Assembly (NCBI GenBank): GCA_964500895.1
Contig: CAZCQP010000010.1
Location: 432 to 64,431 of the forward strand
Direction of reading: 5' to 3'
Origin: an uncultured Eubacteriales bacterium
GTDB taxonomy: Bacteria > Bacillota > Clostridia > Lachnospirales > JAISER01
Length of the DNA stretch: 64,000 nt
A program made the translations under genes and the position numbers. Positions 50,079 through 59,475 of the stretch are shown here, piece after piece. Numbering within the stretch: the stretch's first letter is position 1; the number at the start of each line of letters is the position of its first letter. A model generated the notes under the pieces. It was not told the DNA's origin. It saw nothing but the letters and a program-made list of their open reading frames with translations, and made no database searches.

Positions 50079-50978
50079 GTGAGACCTGTGCGCTATTGTG
50101 AAATTGTTTGCAAAGATTTTTATGATTTTCTTATGCGCCATGCGCCAGTGCAGGCAACGGTGCATTCTGTTTACCACCATGTGGTGAATTTAACGGTTGC
50201 CGGGCGAATCATCACCCTTTGCCAAACAGAAGATAAGCTAACCCCATGGGGCATGGTGTGCGCACAATTAAAGCCCCACCAATACCAGCTCCAGTCAACG
50301 CTTATCATCGGAACGTGCACCCTCCAACAACCAGACATCTATATGGATGCTGCTGCGGTACGTATCCAAGACATGACGCTTGGGCTTGAGCCTTTGCAAA
50401 CAGGAAGTTCCACGGTTGTTTCGGCGTTGGGTAAGATGGTTGCACAATTTTGTAGGCAGCATATGCCGGAGGGTTCAATCGGAGAAATCTTGCCACAAGT
50501 GGCAGACTGGTACCCTCCCATGCCCCCAGGCGGGGATTCGGTGGTTTCCAGAGCCGCCGTTCCCTTGCTTAAAGCGTTCTTGTCGGCTTTGCAGCTTGGT
50601 GACAGTATGCAAGGCGCACCAAATATTATTGGGCTTGGTGTAGGGTTAACACCTTCGGCAGATGATTTCCTGCTAGGAATGCTTTCGGTATTTCATTTCT
50701 GGAGAAGCCCCCGGGAACAAGGCTTGAAGGAGTACATTGCGAACCAGCTTGGTGCAACCACTCAGATCAGCGCCGGAATGCTGCAAAATGCCCTTGAGGA
50801 CCGCTACCCCTTATACATGCTAAAACTTTACCAAACGCTCTCCCAGCATTCCGACAAAACATCAACCATTCTGCCAGTATTTCTGGAGCACGGCCATTCT
50901 TCGGGCATCGATACGTTGCACGGCATATATGTGGGGCTGCATATGCTGGAAGCGGATACACTGACCAAGCGTACATGA
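50079..50978 (+). CDS. DUF2877 protein (YlbF/AllH/YahE-like)
   Basis: IGLGVGLTPSADDFLLG, TTQIS, GHSSGIDTLHG. Confidence 0.88.
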   Translation: MRPVRYCEIVCKDFYDFLMRHAPVQATVHSVYHHVVNLTVAGRIITLCQTEDKLTPWGMVCAQLKPHQYQLQSTLIIGTCTLQQPDIYMDAAAVRIQDMTLGLEPLQTGSSTVVSALGKMVAQFCRQHMPEGSIGEILPQVADWYPPMPPGGDSVVSRAAVPLLKAFLSALQLGDSMQGAPNIIGLGVGLTPSADDFLLGMLSVFHFWRSPREQGLKEYIANQLGATTQISAGMLQNALEDRYPLYMLKLYQTLSQHSDKTSTILPVFLEHGHSSGIDTLHGIYVGLHMLEADTLTKRT

Positions 50979-51003
50979 TAACAATTACAGAAAAGAGGAT
51001 TTT

Positions 51004-51933
51004 ATGAACAATACAATCGTCATTGCCATTGGCGGCAACGCCATTTGTAAAGAAGGGCAAAAAGGCACATTTGAAGAACAAATGAGCAATCTTAATAATA
51101 GCATGGCATATATCGCCGATTTGGCAGAACAGGGCTACCGCATTGTGCTTGTGCACGGCAACGGCCCCCAGGTTGGCAATGTGTTAATTCAAAATGAAAT
51201 GGCAAAGCAGCAGGTTCCGGCTTCTAGACTGGATGTCTGCGTTGCCGATACACAGGGGCAAATTGGGCATATGATGATGCTGTCGCTGCGCAACTGTCTT
51301 AAACAACGGGGCATAGACAAAAACATCGTCACCATGCTCACACAGGTTGAGGTATCCCCTGACGACCCAGCTTTTAATGCCCCCACCAAACCCATCGGCC
51401 CTTTCTTCACGGCGGAACAAGCCGAAGCACTGCGCAGCCCCGATTATGTTATTGTGGAGGACAGCGGGCGGGGTTACCGGCGGGTGGTTCCTTCGCCTAA
51501 ACCTGTTTGCATTCTGGAGAAAGATGCCATTGAGCAATTATCCCAAAACGCCATTGTTATTGCAGTTGGCGGTGGCGGCATCCCTGTTTATACCCAGGGC
51601 GAAACGCTTTGCGGCATCGAAGCGGTGATTGACAAGGACTATGCCTCTGCACTGCTTGCCGAAGAGATTGGCGCAGATTTAGTCATTCTGACCGGCGTCG
51701 AACAAGTCTCCATCAATTTTGGAAAGCCGAATCAACAAGCCATTGCTTCAATGACGGTAACCGAAGCTCAAGCGTTTATGGCGCAAGGGCATTTTCCAAA
51801 AGGCAGCATGGGCCCCAAAATAGATGCGGCGCTCAATTACCTTGCAAAAGGTGGAAAGCGTGTTGTTATCACATCCATGCAGTCGTTAAAGCCTGCGTTG
51901 GCTGGTTTAACCGGCACCATTATCACTACATAA
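51004..51933 (+). CDS. arcC: carbamate kinase
   Basis: AIGGNA, HGNGPQVG, PTKPIG, RRVVPSP, VIDKD, GSMGPK. Confidence 0.96.
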   Translation: MNNTIVIAIGGNAICKEGQKGTFEEQMSNLNNSMAYIADLAEQGYRIVLVHGNGPQVGNVLIQNEMAKQQVPASRLDVCVADTQGQIGHMMMLSLRNCLKQRGIDKNIVTMLTQVEVSPDDPAFNAPTKPIGPFFTAEQAEALRSPDYVIVEDSGRGYRRVVPSPKPVCILEKDAIEQLSQNAIVIAVGGGGIPVYTQGETLCGIEAVIDKDYASALLAEEIGADLVILTGVEQVSINFGKPNQQAIASMTVTEAQAFMAQGHFPKGSMGPKIDAALNYLAKGGKRVVITSMQSLKPALAGLTGTIITT

Positions 51934-51950
51934 GGCGGTTTGACACGCTT

Positions 51951-52000
51951 AACAATGAAAGCCTTGAGAATACTGATACAATCTCAAGGCTTTCGTTGTT
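51951..52000. terminator. bidirectional terminator
   Basis: AACAATGAAAGCCTTGAGA / TCTCAAGGCTTTCGTTGTT between convergent genes. Confidence 0.8.
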
Positions 52001-52009
52001 AAATGCCGG

Positions 52010-52765
52010 TTAATTGTAGCCCAAGGCTTTGGATAACAAACCGCTGTAGGTTTTCACCGCTTTCACAAGTTCCTGTCTCATATCTTCGCCAATCCGGTAG
52101 CTGGGGCCGGAAACGGCCAGCGCCGCAAGGTTCACACCCTGCCCGTTAAACACGGGTGCGGCAACTGCAAACACACCAGGTTCTTGAATGCCATCGTTAA
52201 TGACATAACCCGCTTTGCGAATTTCCGAACACACCGCTTCCGTTAACTCGGGGTTTTCCTTTGCAATCCTGGTTCTTTTGGCATAGGGCAGCCAAGACAA
52301 CAGCACATACCCCACGGCACCACGGGAAAGCGGCAGCATCTCCCCCACTTCCACCGATCTGCGGAGTGCCTGGTTGCTTTGAACGCTTTCTAAACAAACC
52401 CTCATATCGTCACGCACAATATAAATACTTGCCGTTTCGTTATAAAGGTCCCGCAACGTTTCCAGTATTGGAAGTGCTGCCGAACGGATGTTATCTGTGT
52501 TGGTAAGAATTTTCATAAAACGGTAAATCTGTTTGCCAGGGCGGTAGTATTTATGAGAATCCTTAATCAGGTATTCCTGTTGCACTAAAGTTTGCAGTAG
52601 CCTGGAAATGGTGCTTACACTCAACCCTGTTTTTTTAGAAAAGTCCGTTAAAGTAAGCGCCAGGTTGTTTTCGTCAAAACATTCTAGGAGGGAAAGGCCA
52701 CGAAGTAATGACCGAACCGAAGGCGCACCTTCCTCATGATGGGCTTTGCTGTTTTCCGATTCCAT
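52010..52765 (-). CDS. IclR family transcriptional regulator
   Basis: SVRSLLRGLSLL, ST.SRLL.TL HTH, ETAS, AAPVFN, ALAVSGP. Confidence 0.93.
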   Translation of the reverse strand: MESENSKAHHEEGAPSVRSLLRGLSLLECFDENNLALTLTDFSKKTGLSVSTISRLLQTLVQQEYLIKDSHKYYRPGKQIYRFMKILTNTDNIRSAALPILETLRDLYNETASIYIVRDDMRVCLESVQSNQALRRSVEVGEMLPLSRGAVGYVLLSWLPYAKRTRIAKENPELTEAVCSEIRKAGYVINDGIQEPGVFAVAAPVFNGQGVNLAALAVSGPSYRIGEDMRQELVKAVKTYSGLLSKALGYN

Positions 52766-52877
52766 TTACACACCTACAGTTTTAGATTTCAATTTAAAAC
52801 AATGCACACTGTTCTTTTCTTTGTAGAAATTGTTTGAATCATTATACTACGAAAGCCCCATTTTTACAATGCTCATA

Positions 52878-52960
52878 ATAGTCAACAACGTTGAAAACAG
52901 ACTTGCATGGCGGAATCAAAATCAGTAGCGAACTATAGAGAGCACTGCAGGAAACGGAAA
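52878..52960 (-). pseudogene. IS630-like transposase C-terminal remnant (second copy)
   Basis: Minus strand reads LQCSL*FATDFDSAMQVCFQRC*; about 48 bp clearly similar to 42369-42414. Confidence 0.45.
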
Positions 52961-53131
52961 CGAGCAGTACAATCAAGGATTGGCATAAAAGAATGTGACA
53001 CAAAAATGGGAGAGATTACGGCTCTAAACCCCATTCCAAGCGCTGCATGCCATGGGTTCGTTATGCACATAAAGCGTAATGTTTTCTTTTAGTTTTGGAA
53101 CGACTGTAAATAGATAACCAGCACCTGCCTG

Positions 53132-53419
53132 ATGCACTGGCTTTTGGACGTTCATTTCGCAGAGGATATTGACATTTCTGATTCCTACATGGGTTATATT
53201 GAGCGTAGCGAAAGAAGCTTGTCCCTGGACAAGCTGGTTGAACTGTCCCAACGTTTAGGAGTGAGTGTGGATTATTTATTGCAAGAAAGTGTTTCGCCAA
53301 CAGATGACCATATCATCGACCAGTTCAGTTGCCTATGCCTTATTAACGGCAGAGCCTCCCAACAAAAGCAAATGGCCATTGACGTAATCAAAACGATGTT
53401 TGCATATCTATCAAAATAG
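53132..53419 (+). pseudogene. truncated XRE-family HTH regulator fused to an ISAs1-like fragment
   Basis: HWLLDVHFAED resembles the ISAs1 motif, then ISDSYMGYIERSERSLSLDKL..LGVSVDYLL (XRE lacking its first helices). Confidence 0.55.
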
Positions 53420-53579
53420 TTGTCACGCATAACGCAACCACCAAAGATGATTTGTGCGTTGCCACGTTTTTACCATCAGCCCTGGCTGATGGTTTTTTGA
53501 TATGCAAATTGACAAAGGATGTACACAGCATACCGTCAGGCGGTGTGCTGTGTAATGTAAATAAAAATTTATTTTTATA

Positions 53580-53625
53580 TTGACATTATTCGATTTGAAG
53601 CATATACTAAAAACATATCGAATAT
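53580..53625 (+). promoter_or_regulatory. ars operon promoter with candidate ArsR operator
   Basis: TTGACA-17 nt-TATACT; inverted repeat ATTCGAT..ATCGAAT spanning it. Confidence 0.65.
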
Positions 53626-53645
53626 TTTGGATTTGAGGTGACTTC

Positions 53646-53966
53646 ATGGACAATAGACATCTGAACAATGCCCGAGTTTTTAAAGCGTTTTGTGATGAAA
53701 ACAGGCTGATGATACTTGAACTACTCCAAAGCGGCGAAAAATGCGCTTGTGTTCTATTAGATCAATTGCATATTGCGCAATCAACGCTTTCCCATCATAT
53801 GAAAATTCTGGTTGAGAGCGGGATTGTTACAGCAAGGAAAGAAGGAAAGTGGACGCACTACTCTATTTCAAGTGAAGGTGTGAATGATGCAAAAACGTTG
53901 CTTGTGAAACTAACCGATGTTGTGGAAAATTCTAACCTTACAGGCAATTATCAATGCGATGAATGA
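53646..53966 (+). CDS. arsR: ArsR/SmtB repressor
   Basis: FKAFCDENR, EKCAC, QSTLSHHMK, RKEGKW. Confidence 0.93.
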   Translation: MDNRHLNNARVFKAFCDENRLMILELLQSGEKCACVLLDQLHIAQSTLSHHMKILVESGIVTARKEGKWTHYSISSEGVNDAKTLLVKLTDVVENSNLTGNYQCDE

Positions 53967-54027
53967 AAGGCCCAACGAGATAAAAGTGTACCCATTACAC
54001 TTTAAAAATATTAAAGGAGAGAATATT

Positions 54028-54408
54028 ATGAAGAAAATGCAGATTTACGAACCAGCCATGTGTTGCCCAACAGGGATTTGCGGCGTGAGCATTGACCCTG
54101 AATTATTGCGTATTTCCACTACCTTAGGAACACTTGAAAAACAGGGCATCAAAGTTGACCGCTATAACCTTACAAGTTTTCCCCAGGAATTTGTAAAGAA
54201 CACTGAAATCAATAAGCGTATTACAGATGAAGGCGTGGAAGTTTTGCCTATCGTCGTTGTTGACGGAAAAATTGTCATAACCAAACGCTACCCCACCAAT
54301 GATGAATTTATTAAGCTGCTGGATATTCCAAGGGAATGTTTGGGCGAGGCTGGGCAAGCCGACAAGGATGGTTCGTGTGGTTGCAGCTGCGATGGAGGAT
54401 GCTGCTAA
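54028..54408 (+). CDS. arsD: arsenite metallochaperone
   Basis: YEPAMCCPTGICG, RYNL, RYPT, Cys-rich tail. Confidence 0.95.
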   Translation: MKKMQIYEPAMCCPTGICGVSIDPELLRISTTLGTLEKQGIKVDRYNLTSFPQEFVKNTEINKRITDEGVEVLPIVVVDGKIVITKRYPTNDEFIKLLDIPRECLGEAGQADKDGSCGCSCDGGCC

Positions 54409-56147
54409 TGCCCGAAATATTTAATCCCAAAGCCGTTCCTTTGACAAAATATCTGTTTTATACCGGGAAGGGCGGCGTAGGCAAAACTTCTATTGCCTGC
54501 GCAACAGCCGTTACCCTTGCGGACAGCGGTAAAAAGGTTTTATTAATCAGCACCGACCCCGCTTCTAACTTGCAGGACGTTTTCAACATGGAACTGACCA
54601 GCAAAGGCACACCAATACCGGGTATACCAAACCTTGTGGTTGCCAATCTTGACCCGCTTCAAGCTGCTGCCGAATACCGTGAAAGCATCATCGCTCCCTA
54701 TCGGGGAAAACTGCCGGAAGCTGTGCTTACAAACATGGAAGAACAGCTATCCGGTTCCTGTACCGTTGAGATTGCCGCTTTTAATGAATTTTCAAACTTT
54801 ATTACGGATGCAAAAGCGCAAGAGGAGTATGCCCATATCATATTTGATACGGCACCTACCGGGCATACCCTAAGAATGTTACAACTTCCTTCCGCTTGGA
54901 GCAATTTCATCAGTGAAAGTACACACGGCGCCTCCTGTTTAGGGCAGTTGTCCGGGCTGGAAGAACGTAAAGAGATCTATAAAAAAGCGGTTCAGACCCT
55001 TTCAGACGCATCCAAGACAACCCTTATGCTGGTTTCACGCCCTGAATCCGCACCGCTTAAAGAGGCTGAACGTGCTGCAAAGGAACTATTTGAACTTGGC
55101 GTCATGAATCAATCACTGATTATAAACGGCGTATTAGAAACACATGACGACGCTATTTCTCAAAGCCTATTTGATAAACAGCAAAAAGCATTGTCAGATA
55201 TGCCGAATGGTTTACAAAAGCTGAATACTTATCATGTACCCCTTCGGGCATACAACATTACCGGGCTTGATAATGTCCGTGCTTTGCTTACAACAGACAG
55301 CTATACCGCTTGCTGTGATACAACACATGCCGAAAGCCTGTTGCAGTTAAAGGATGTGGTTGACCACCTGGACCGCACGAATAAAAAAGTGATATTTACA
55401 ATGGGCAAAGGCGGCGTAGGCAAGACAACAATGGCTGCTGCCATTGCCATGGGGCTTTCGGCAAGGGGTAAAAAAGTCCACTTGACCACAACCGATCCGG
55501 CAGCGCACCTTAAATTTGTTCTGGATGAAACCAGCGGCATTACCATGAGCCACATTGATGAACAAGAAGAATTGAAGAAGTATCAGGAAGAAATCTTATC
55601 TAAAGCAAGGGAAACCATGTCACCGGATGATGTGGCTTATATTGAGGAGGATTTGCGCTCACCTTGCACACAGGAAATTGCTGTGTTCCGGGCTTTTGCG
55701 CAAATCGTGGATAAAGCGGACAATGAGGTTGTGGTGATTGATACCGCCCCCACAGGCCATACCCTTCTATTGCTGGACAGCACATTAAGCTATCACCGGG
55801 AAGTACAACGGACACAAGGGATGATTCCCGATTCTGTCAAGAAACTGCTTCCACGCCTGCGCAATGCAGATGAAACGGAAGTCTTAATTGTTACCCTTGC
55901 AGAGACAACCCCCGTTTACGAGGCCCTGCGCTTGGAGGAAGACTTGCATCGTGCCCATATAGCCGCTAAATGGTGGGTTATCAATGCATCCCTTTACAAG
56001 ACCGGTACAGCCAATAAACTGCTCTCGGCCAAGGCAAGCAACGAGATTGAATGGATTAACAAGGTTGAGCAGCACACAGACGGCCATTTCGCCATCATCC
56101 CTTGGCGTGCTGATGAAATCAAAGGGGATAAACTGCTTGAAATATAA
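54408..56147 (+). CDS. arsA: arsenical pump-driving ATPase
   Basis: Two GKGGVGKT and two DTAPTGH motifs; SGSCT, GASC, SPCT. Confidence 0.97.
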   Translation: MPEIFNPKAVPLTKYLFYTGKGGVGKTSIACATAVTLADSGKKVLLISTDPASNLQDVFNMELTSKGTPIPGIPNLVVANLDPLQAAAEYRESIIAPYRGKLPEAVLTNMEEQLSGSCTVEIAAFNEFSNFITDAKAQEEYAHIIFDTAPTGHTLRMLQLPSAWSNFISESTHGASCLGQLSGLEERKEIYKKAVQTLSDASKTTLMLVSRPESAPLKEAERAAKELFELGVMNQSLIINGVLETHDDAISQSLFDKQQKALSDMPNGLQKLNTYHVPLRAYNITGLDNVRALLTTDSYTACCDTTHAESLLQLKDVVDHLDRTNKKVIFTMGKGGVGKTTMAAAIAMGLSARGKKVHLTTTDPAAHLKFVLDETSGITMSHIDEQEELKKYQEEILSKARETMSPDDVAYIEEDLRSPCTQEIAVFRAFAQIVDKADNEVVVIDTAPTGHTLLLLDSTLSYHREVQRTQGMIPDSVKKLLPRLRNADETEVLIVTLAETTPVYEALRLEEDLHRAHIAAKWWVINASLYKTGTANKLLSAKASNEIEWINKVEQHTDGHFAIIPWRADEIKGDKLLEI

Positions 56148-56165
56148 TGAAAGGAGGGAATTATT

Positions 56166-57221
56166 ATGGGTGAGAAAACAAAAACAAGCGGAATCGGTTT
56201 CTTTGAGAAGTATCTAACCCTGTGGGTCATGATCTGTATGGTGGTTGGCATACTCATTGGTAAATTTTTGCCCGGTGTCCCTAATTTTTTGGGTAAGTTT
56301 GAGTACGCCCAGGTTTCCATTCCAATTGCTATTTTGATATGGTTGATGATTTATCCCATGATGATGAAGGTTGATTTTGCTAGCATCAAAAATGTGGGCA
56401 AGAATCCTAAAGGCTTGTATGTGACATGGGTAACCAATTGGCTGATTAAACCCTTTACCATGTTTGGCATTGCCTCACTGTTTTTCTATGTGATATTCAA
56501 GAGCCTCATCCCGGCAGACCTTGCTAAACAATATTTGGCAGGGGCAGTATTGCTTGGCGCGGCACCCTGTACCGCTATGGTTTTCGTTTGGAGCCATTTA
56601 ACAAAAGGAAACCCTGCTTACACGGTGGTTCAGGTAGCCACCAATGACCTTATTATTCTCGTATTGTTTACACCTATTGTTGCTTTCCTATTAGGGGTGG
56701 GCGGCGTGTCTGTGCCCTGGGATACGTTGCTGCTTTCGGTTGTATTATTTGTAGTTATACCACTCTCTGCGGGTATGCTTACCCGCAGAATGGTTATTAA
56801 AGGTAAAGGCCAAGCGTATTTTGACAAAACCTTTATCCCTAAGTTTAATCATATTACGGTGATCGGATTGCTTTTAACGCTTATCATTATCTTTTCGTTT
56901 CAAGGAGAGATTATTTTAAACAATCCACTGCATATTGTGCTGATTGCCATACCGCTGACCATACAAACTTTCTTGATTTTCTTTATTGCATATCTGGCAT
57001 GTAAAACTTGTAAATTACCCCATAACGTAGCAGCTCCCGCCGGCATGATTGGGGCTTCTAACTTTTTTGAGCTAGCCGTTGCGGTTGCCATTTCCTTGTT
57101 CGGTGCATCGTCACCTGTGGCACTGGCAACCATTGTGGGGGTGCTGGTGGAAGTACCTGTCATGCTTACTCTTGTAAGGATTGCAAATAAAACCGCTCAT
57201 TGGTTTCCCATGGAAAAATAA
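56166..57221 (+). CDS. acr3: ACR3 arsenite efflux transporter
   Basis: FEKYLTLWV, MIYPMM, NWLIKPF, APCTAMVFVWS, SNFFELA, LVEVPVM. Confidence 0.96.
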   Translation: MGEKTKTSGIGFFEKYLTLWVMICMVVGILIGKFLPGVPNFLGKFEYAQVSIPIAILIWLMIYPMMMKVDFASIKNVGKNPKGLYVTWVTNWLIKPFTMFGIASLFFYVIFKSLIPADLAKQYLAGAVLLGAAPCTAMVFVWSHLTKGNPAYTVVQVATNDLIILVLFTPIVAFLLGVGGVSVPWDTLLLSVVLFVVIPLSAGMLTRRMVIKGKGQAYFDKTFIPKFNHITVIGLLLTLIIIFSFQGEIILNNPLHIVLIAIPLTIQTFLIFFIAYLACKTCKLPHNVAAPAGMIGASNFFELAVAVAISLFGASSPVALATIVGVLVEVPVMLTLVRIANKTAHWFPMEK

Positions 57222-57233
57222 GGAGGTTATGGT

Positions 57234-57458
57234 ATGCGGCGGGCATTGATAAACCCTGAAAAATGCTTAAACTGCCAAGAATGCAAGGTAGACGTTTTGT
57301 GCCCTCAAAAAGCAATTATTCGAGAGAACCCAACTGATTATCCATGGGTAGACTTTATGTTGTGCCGTGGATGCATGAAGTGTAGGGAGTTTTGCAACAA
57401 TCATGCCGTTTTAGAAGAAGTGAAGCCCTGTAACGGCAGTTTGCTGCAAAGTTGGTAA
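57234..57458 (+). CDS. small 4Fe-4S dicluster ferredoxin
   Basis: CLNCQEC..CP..AI and CRGCMKCREFC; AGGAGG RBS. Confidence 0.85.
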   Translation: MRRALINPEKCLNCQECKVDVLCPQKAIIRENPTDYPWVDFMLCRGCMKCREFCNNHAVLEEVKPCNGSLLQSW

Positions 57459-57490
57459 ATGGTGGGGAGTGGAGAGTGGAGAGTGGTTAT

Positions 57491-58636
57491 TTGAAGATTT
57501 ACTTGGATAACAGCGCAACATCATTTCCAAAACCCGAATGCGTTTATGATGCAATGAATGACTATATGCGGGAAAATGGTTCAAGCCCCGGACGGGGCAA
57601 TTATGCAAATGCAATGGCTTCCGAGAAGCTTGTTTATGAAACAAGAAAAGAAATAGCCAAGCTGTTTTGTGCAAAAAAGGCAAGCGAAATCGTATTTACA
57701 TTAAACGCCACCGAAGCGATCAATACTGTGCTTAAAGGATATTTAAAAAGCGGTGATGCCGTGTTGACTTCAAATGTTGAACACAATGCCATGTGGCGGC
57801 CTTTAAAAAATCTTGAAAACAACCATGGCATAGTGATCCATTGCTTTAATGTTACAAAGCACGGAACAGTGGATTTAGATGAAATAGCAGAAAAATTGAC
57901 CAATAACGTAAAACTTGTGGCCTTTGTACACGGTTCCAATGTGCTTGGCAATATTCTTCCAGTTGCAGAGATTTCAAAACTGGCACACTCAAAAAAAATA
58001 CCCGTGCTTATTGACGCAAGCCAAACCGCTGGGGCGTACCCCATCAATGTTGTGAAAGACGGTATTGACTTTCTGGCCTTTACAGGTCATAAGAGTATGC
58101 TTGGGCCTACAGGTACAGGCGGCTTCTATATCCGAAGCGGAATGCAGCTGGCAACGCTGAAAGAAGGCGGGACAGGAAGCATGGCAAAATCCCCCTTTCA
58201 ACCGGAATTGCCCCCTGACCGATTTGAGGCCGGTACGATGAATGTTTTCGGCCTTGCTGGATTAAAGGCGGCAGTAGCATACATTCATGACATGGGTATT
58301 TCAAAAATACAAGAGCATGAGCGCCGGCTCCTTCACAGACTTTTAAATGGTCTGAAAGAAATCCGTGATGTAGAGATTTACGGAAGCCTGAATCCTGAGG
58401 AAAAACTTGGCCTCGTATCTTTTAATGTGGGAAACATCGACCCATACAAGATAGCATCACAGCTTGACGAGGATTTTGGCATCATGGTACGTGCCGGTCT
58501 GCATTGTGCACCACAGGCCCATAGGGTAATAGGCACTGAGGAAAGAGGCGCTGTGCGGGTAAGTATGGGGCTTTTCAACACAGAGGAGCATATTAACTTA
58601 TTGCTTGCCGCATTGAAAAAAATAATATCCAAATGA
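57491..58636 (+). CDS. cysteine desulfurase family protein (class V PLP, group II)
   Basis: IYLDNSATS, EHNA, DASQ, TGHK (PLP Lys), EAGT, RAGLHCAP (catalytic Cys). Confidence 0.93.
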   Translation: MKIYLDNSATSFPKPECVYDAMNDYMRENGSSPGRGNYANAMASEKLVYETRKEIAKLFCAKKASEIVFTLNATEAINTVLKGYLKSGDAVLTSNVEHNAMWRPLKNLENNHGIVIHCFNVTKHGTVDLDEIAEKLTNNVKLVAFVHGSNVLGNILPVAEISKLAHSKKIPVLIDASQTAGAYPINVVKDGIDFLAFTGHKSMLGPTGTGGFYIRSGMQLATLKEGGTGSMAKSPFQPELPPDRFEAGTMNVFGLAGLKAAVAYIHDMGISKIQEHERRLLHRLLNGLKEIRDVEIYGSLNPEEKLGLVSFNVGNIDPYKIASQLDEDFGIMVRAGLHCAPQAHRVIGTEERGAVRVSMGLFNTEEHINLLLAALKKIISK

Positions 58637-58646
58637 GGTGAATGCG

Positions 58647-59162
58647 ATGTTTCTTGAAGAAATTAAAGTTGTTGAGACTTCACCATGCCTAGCCGACGAA
58701 AGGTTATTCAAAGCAATAACCAAAGCATCTGTTTCCCTTAAGGAAATTTTACCCTACTTAAATGCAATCGTTAAAAAGCCAAATTATCAACCAAGCTCTA
58801 GTTCGCTTATATTTAAGCACGGAATTGTTGGGTTTACTTTGCAAGATACCAACATTAACATTACCCGTTTTGCCAATATGACAGAGCTATATGAAATATT
58901 GGATTGGATTAAAGACTTAATCAATGATACCTATGAAAGACGCTCAGAAATAGAGCCGAATCACAAAGCACGTAAAATTGTCCCGGTTTTAAATATATAC
59001 AAGCTTTTGCCAAAGAAAAACTGCAAAGAATGTGGCGAACAATCATGCATGGCTTTTGCTGCCAAACTGAATAAATTAGATGCAGAAGTTGATGATTGTC
59101 CTTTATTCCAGAAAAGTGAATATGCAGATTTAAGGCAGAAGCTAAAGAAGCAGATGGAATAA
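58647..59162 (+). CDS. Fe-S-binding protein with C-terminal CdhD/RnfB-type FeS domain
   Basis: PCLAD, ILPYLNA, LPKKNCKECGEQSCMAFA..CP. Confidence 0.85.
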   Translation: MFLEEIKVVETSPCLADERLFKAITKASVSLKEILPYLNAIVKKPNYQPSSSSLIFKHGIVGFTLQDTNINITRFANMTELYEILDWIKDLINDTYERRSEIEPNHKARKIVPVLNIYKLLPKKNCKECGEQSCMAFAAKLNKLDAEVDDCPLFQKSEYADLRQKLKKQME

Positions 59163-59177
59163 TAGGGAGGTGCTTTG

Positions 59178-59408
59178 ATGGATGAGCCCTTATGCAAAAA
59201 ATGTGGCTTTCTTTACATGGACGGCGATGTAGAGCACTGCTATATGCTCAAACAAACCATTGAATCAGTTGAATGCTCCGAATGCAAACTTTTTATTACA
59301 CGGCAATACGATGGCCATGCGCCTTTCACCCCTATGCAGCATGAATGGCTGTTTAGGGATGAATTAGAGAAGAAAAAGATGAAAAATATGCAAGGATTAC
59401 GTTTTTAA
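59178..59408 (+). CDS. small Cys-rich hypothetical protein
   Basis: GGAGGT RBS; CKKC..C..CSEC; inside the operon. Confidence 0.7.
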   Translation: MDEPLCKKCGFLYMDGDVEHCYMLKQTIESVECSECKLFITRQYDGHAPFTPMQHEWLFRDELEKKKMKNMQGLRF

Positions 59409-59475
59409 AATACGGTTCAGCTTATCCGCTGTTCTACGGGCTGAACACGAATGAAATGGATATAGGTGATATGAC

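Noticed and set aside
57234-59162. hgcAB mercury-methylation pair or ArsM-type arsenic methylation
   Set aside because: No HgcA cap-helix motif or TM region, the ferredoxin lacks the HgcB C-terminal Cys pair, and no SAM methyltransferase is present
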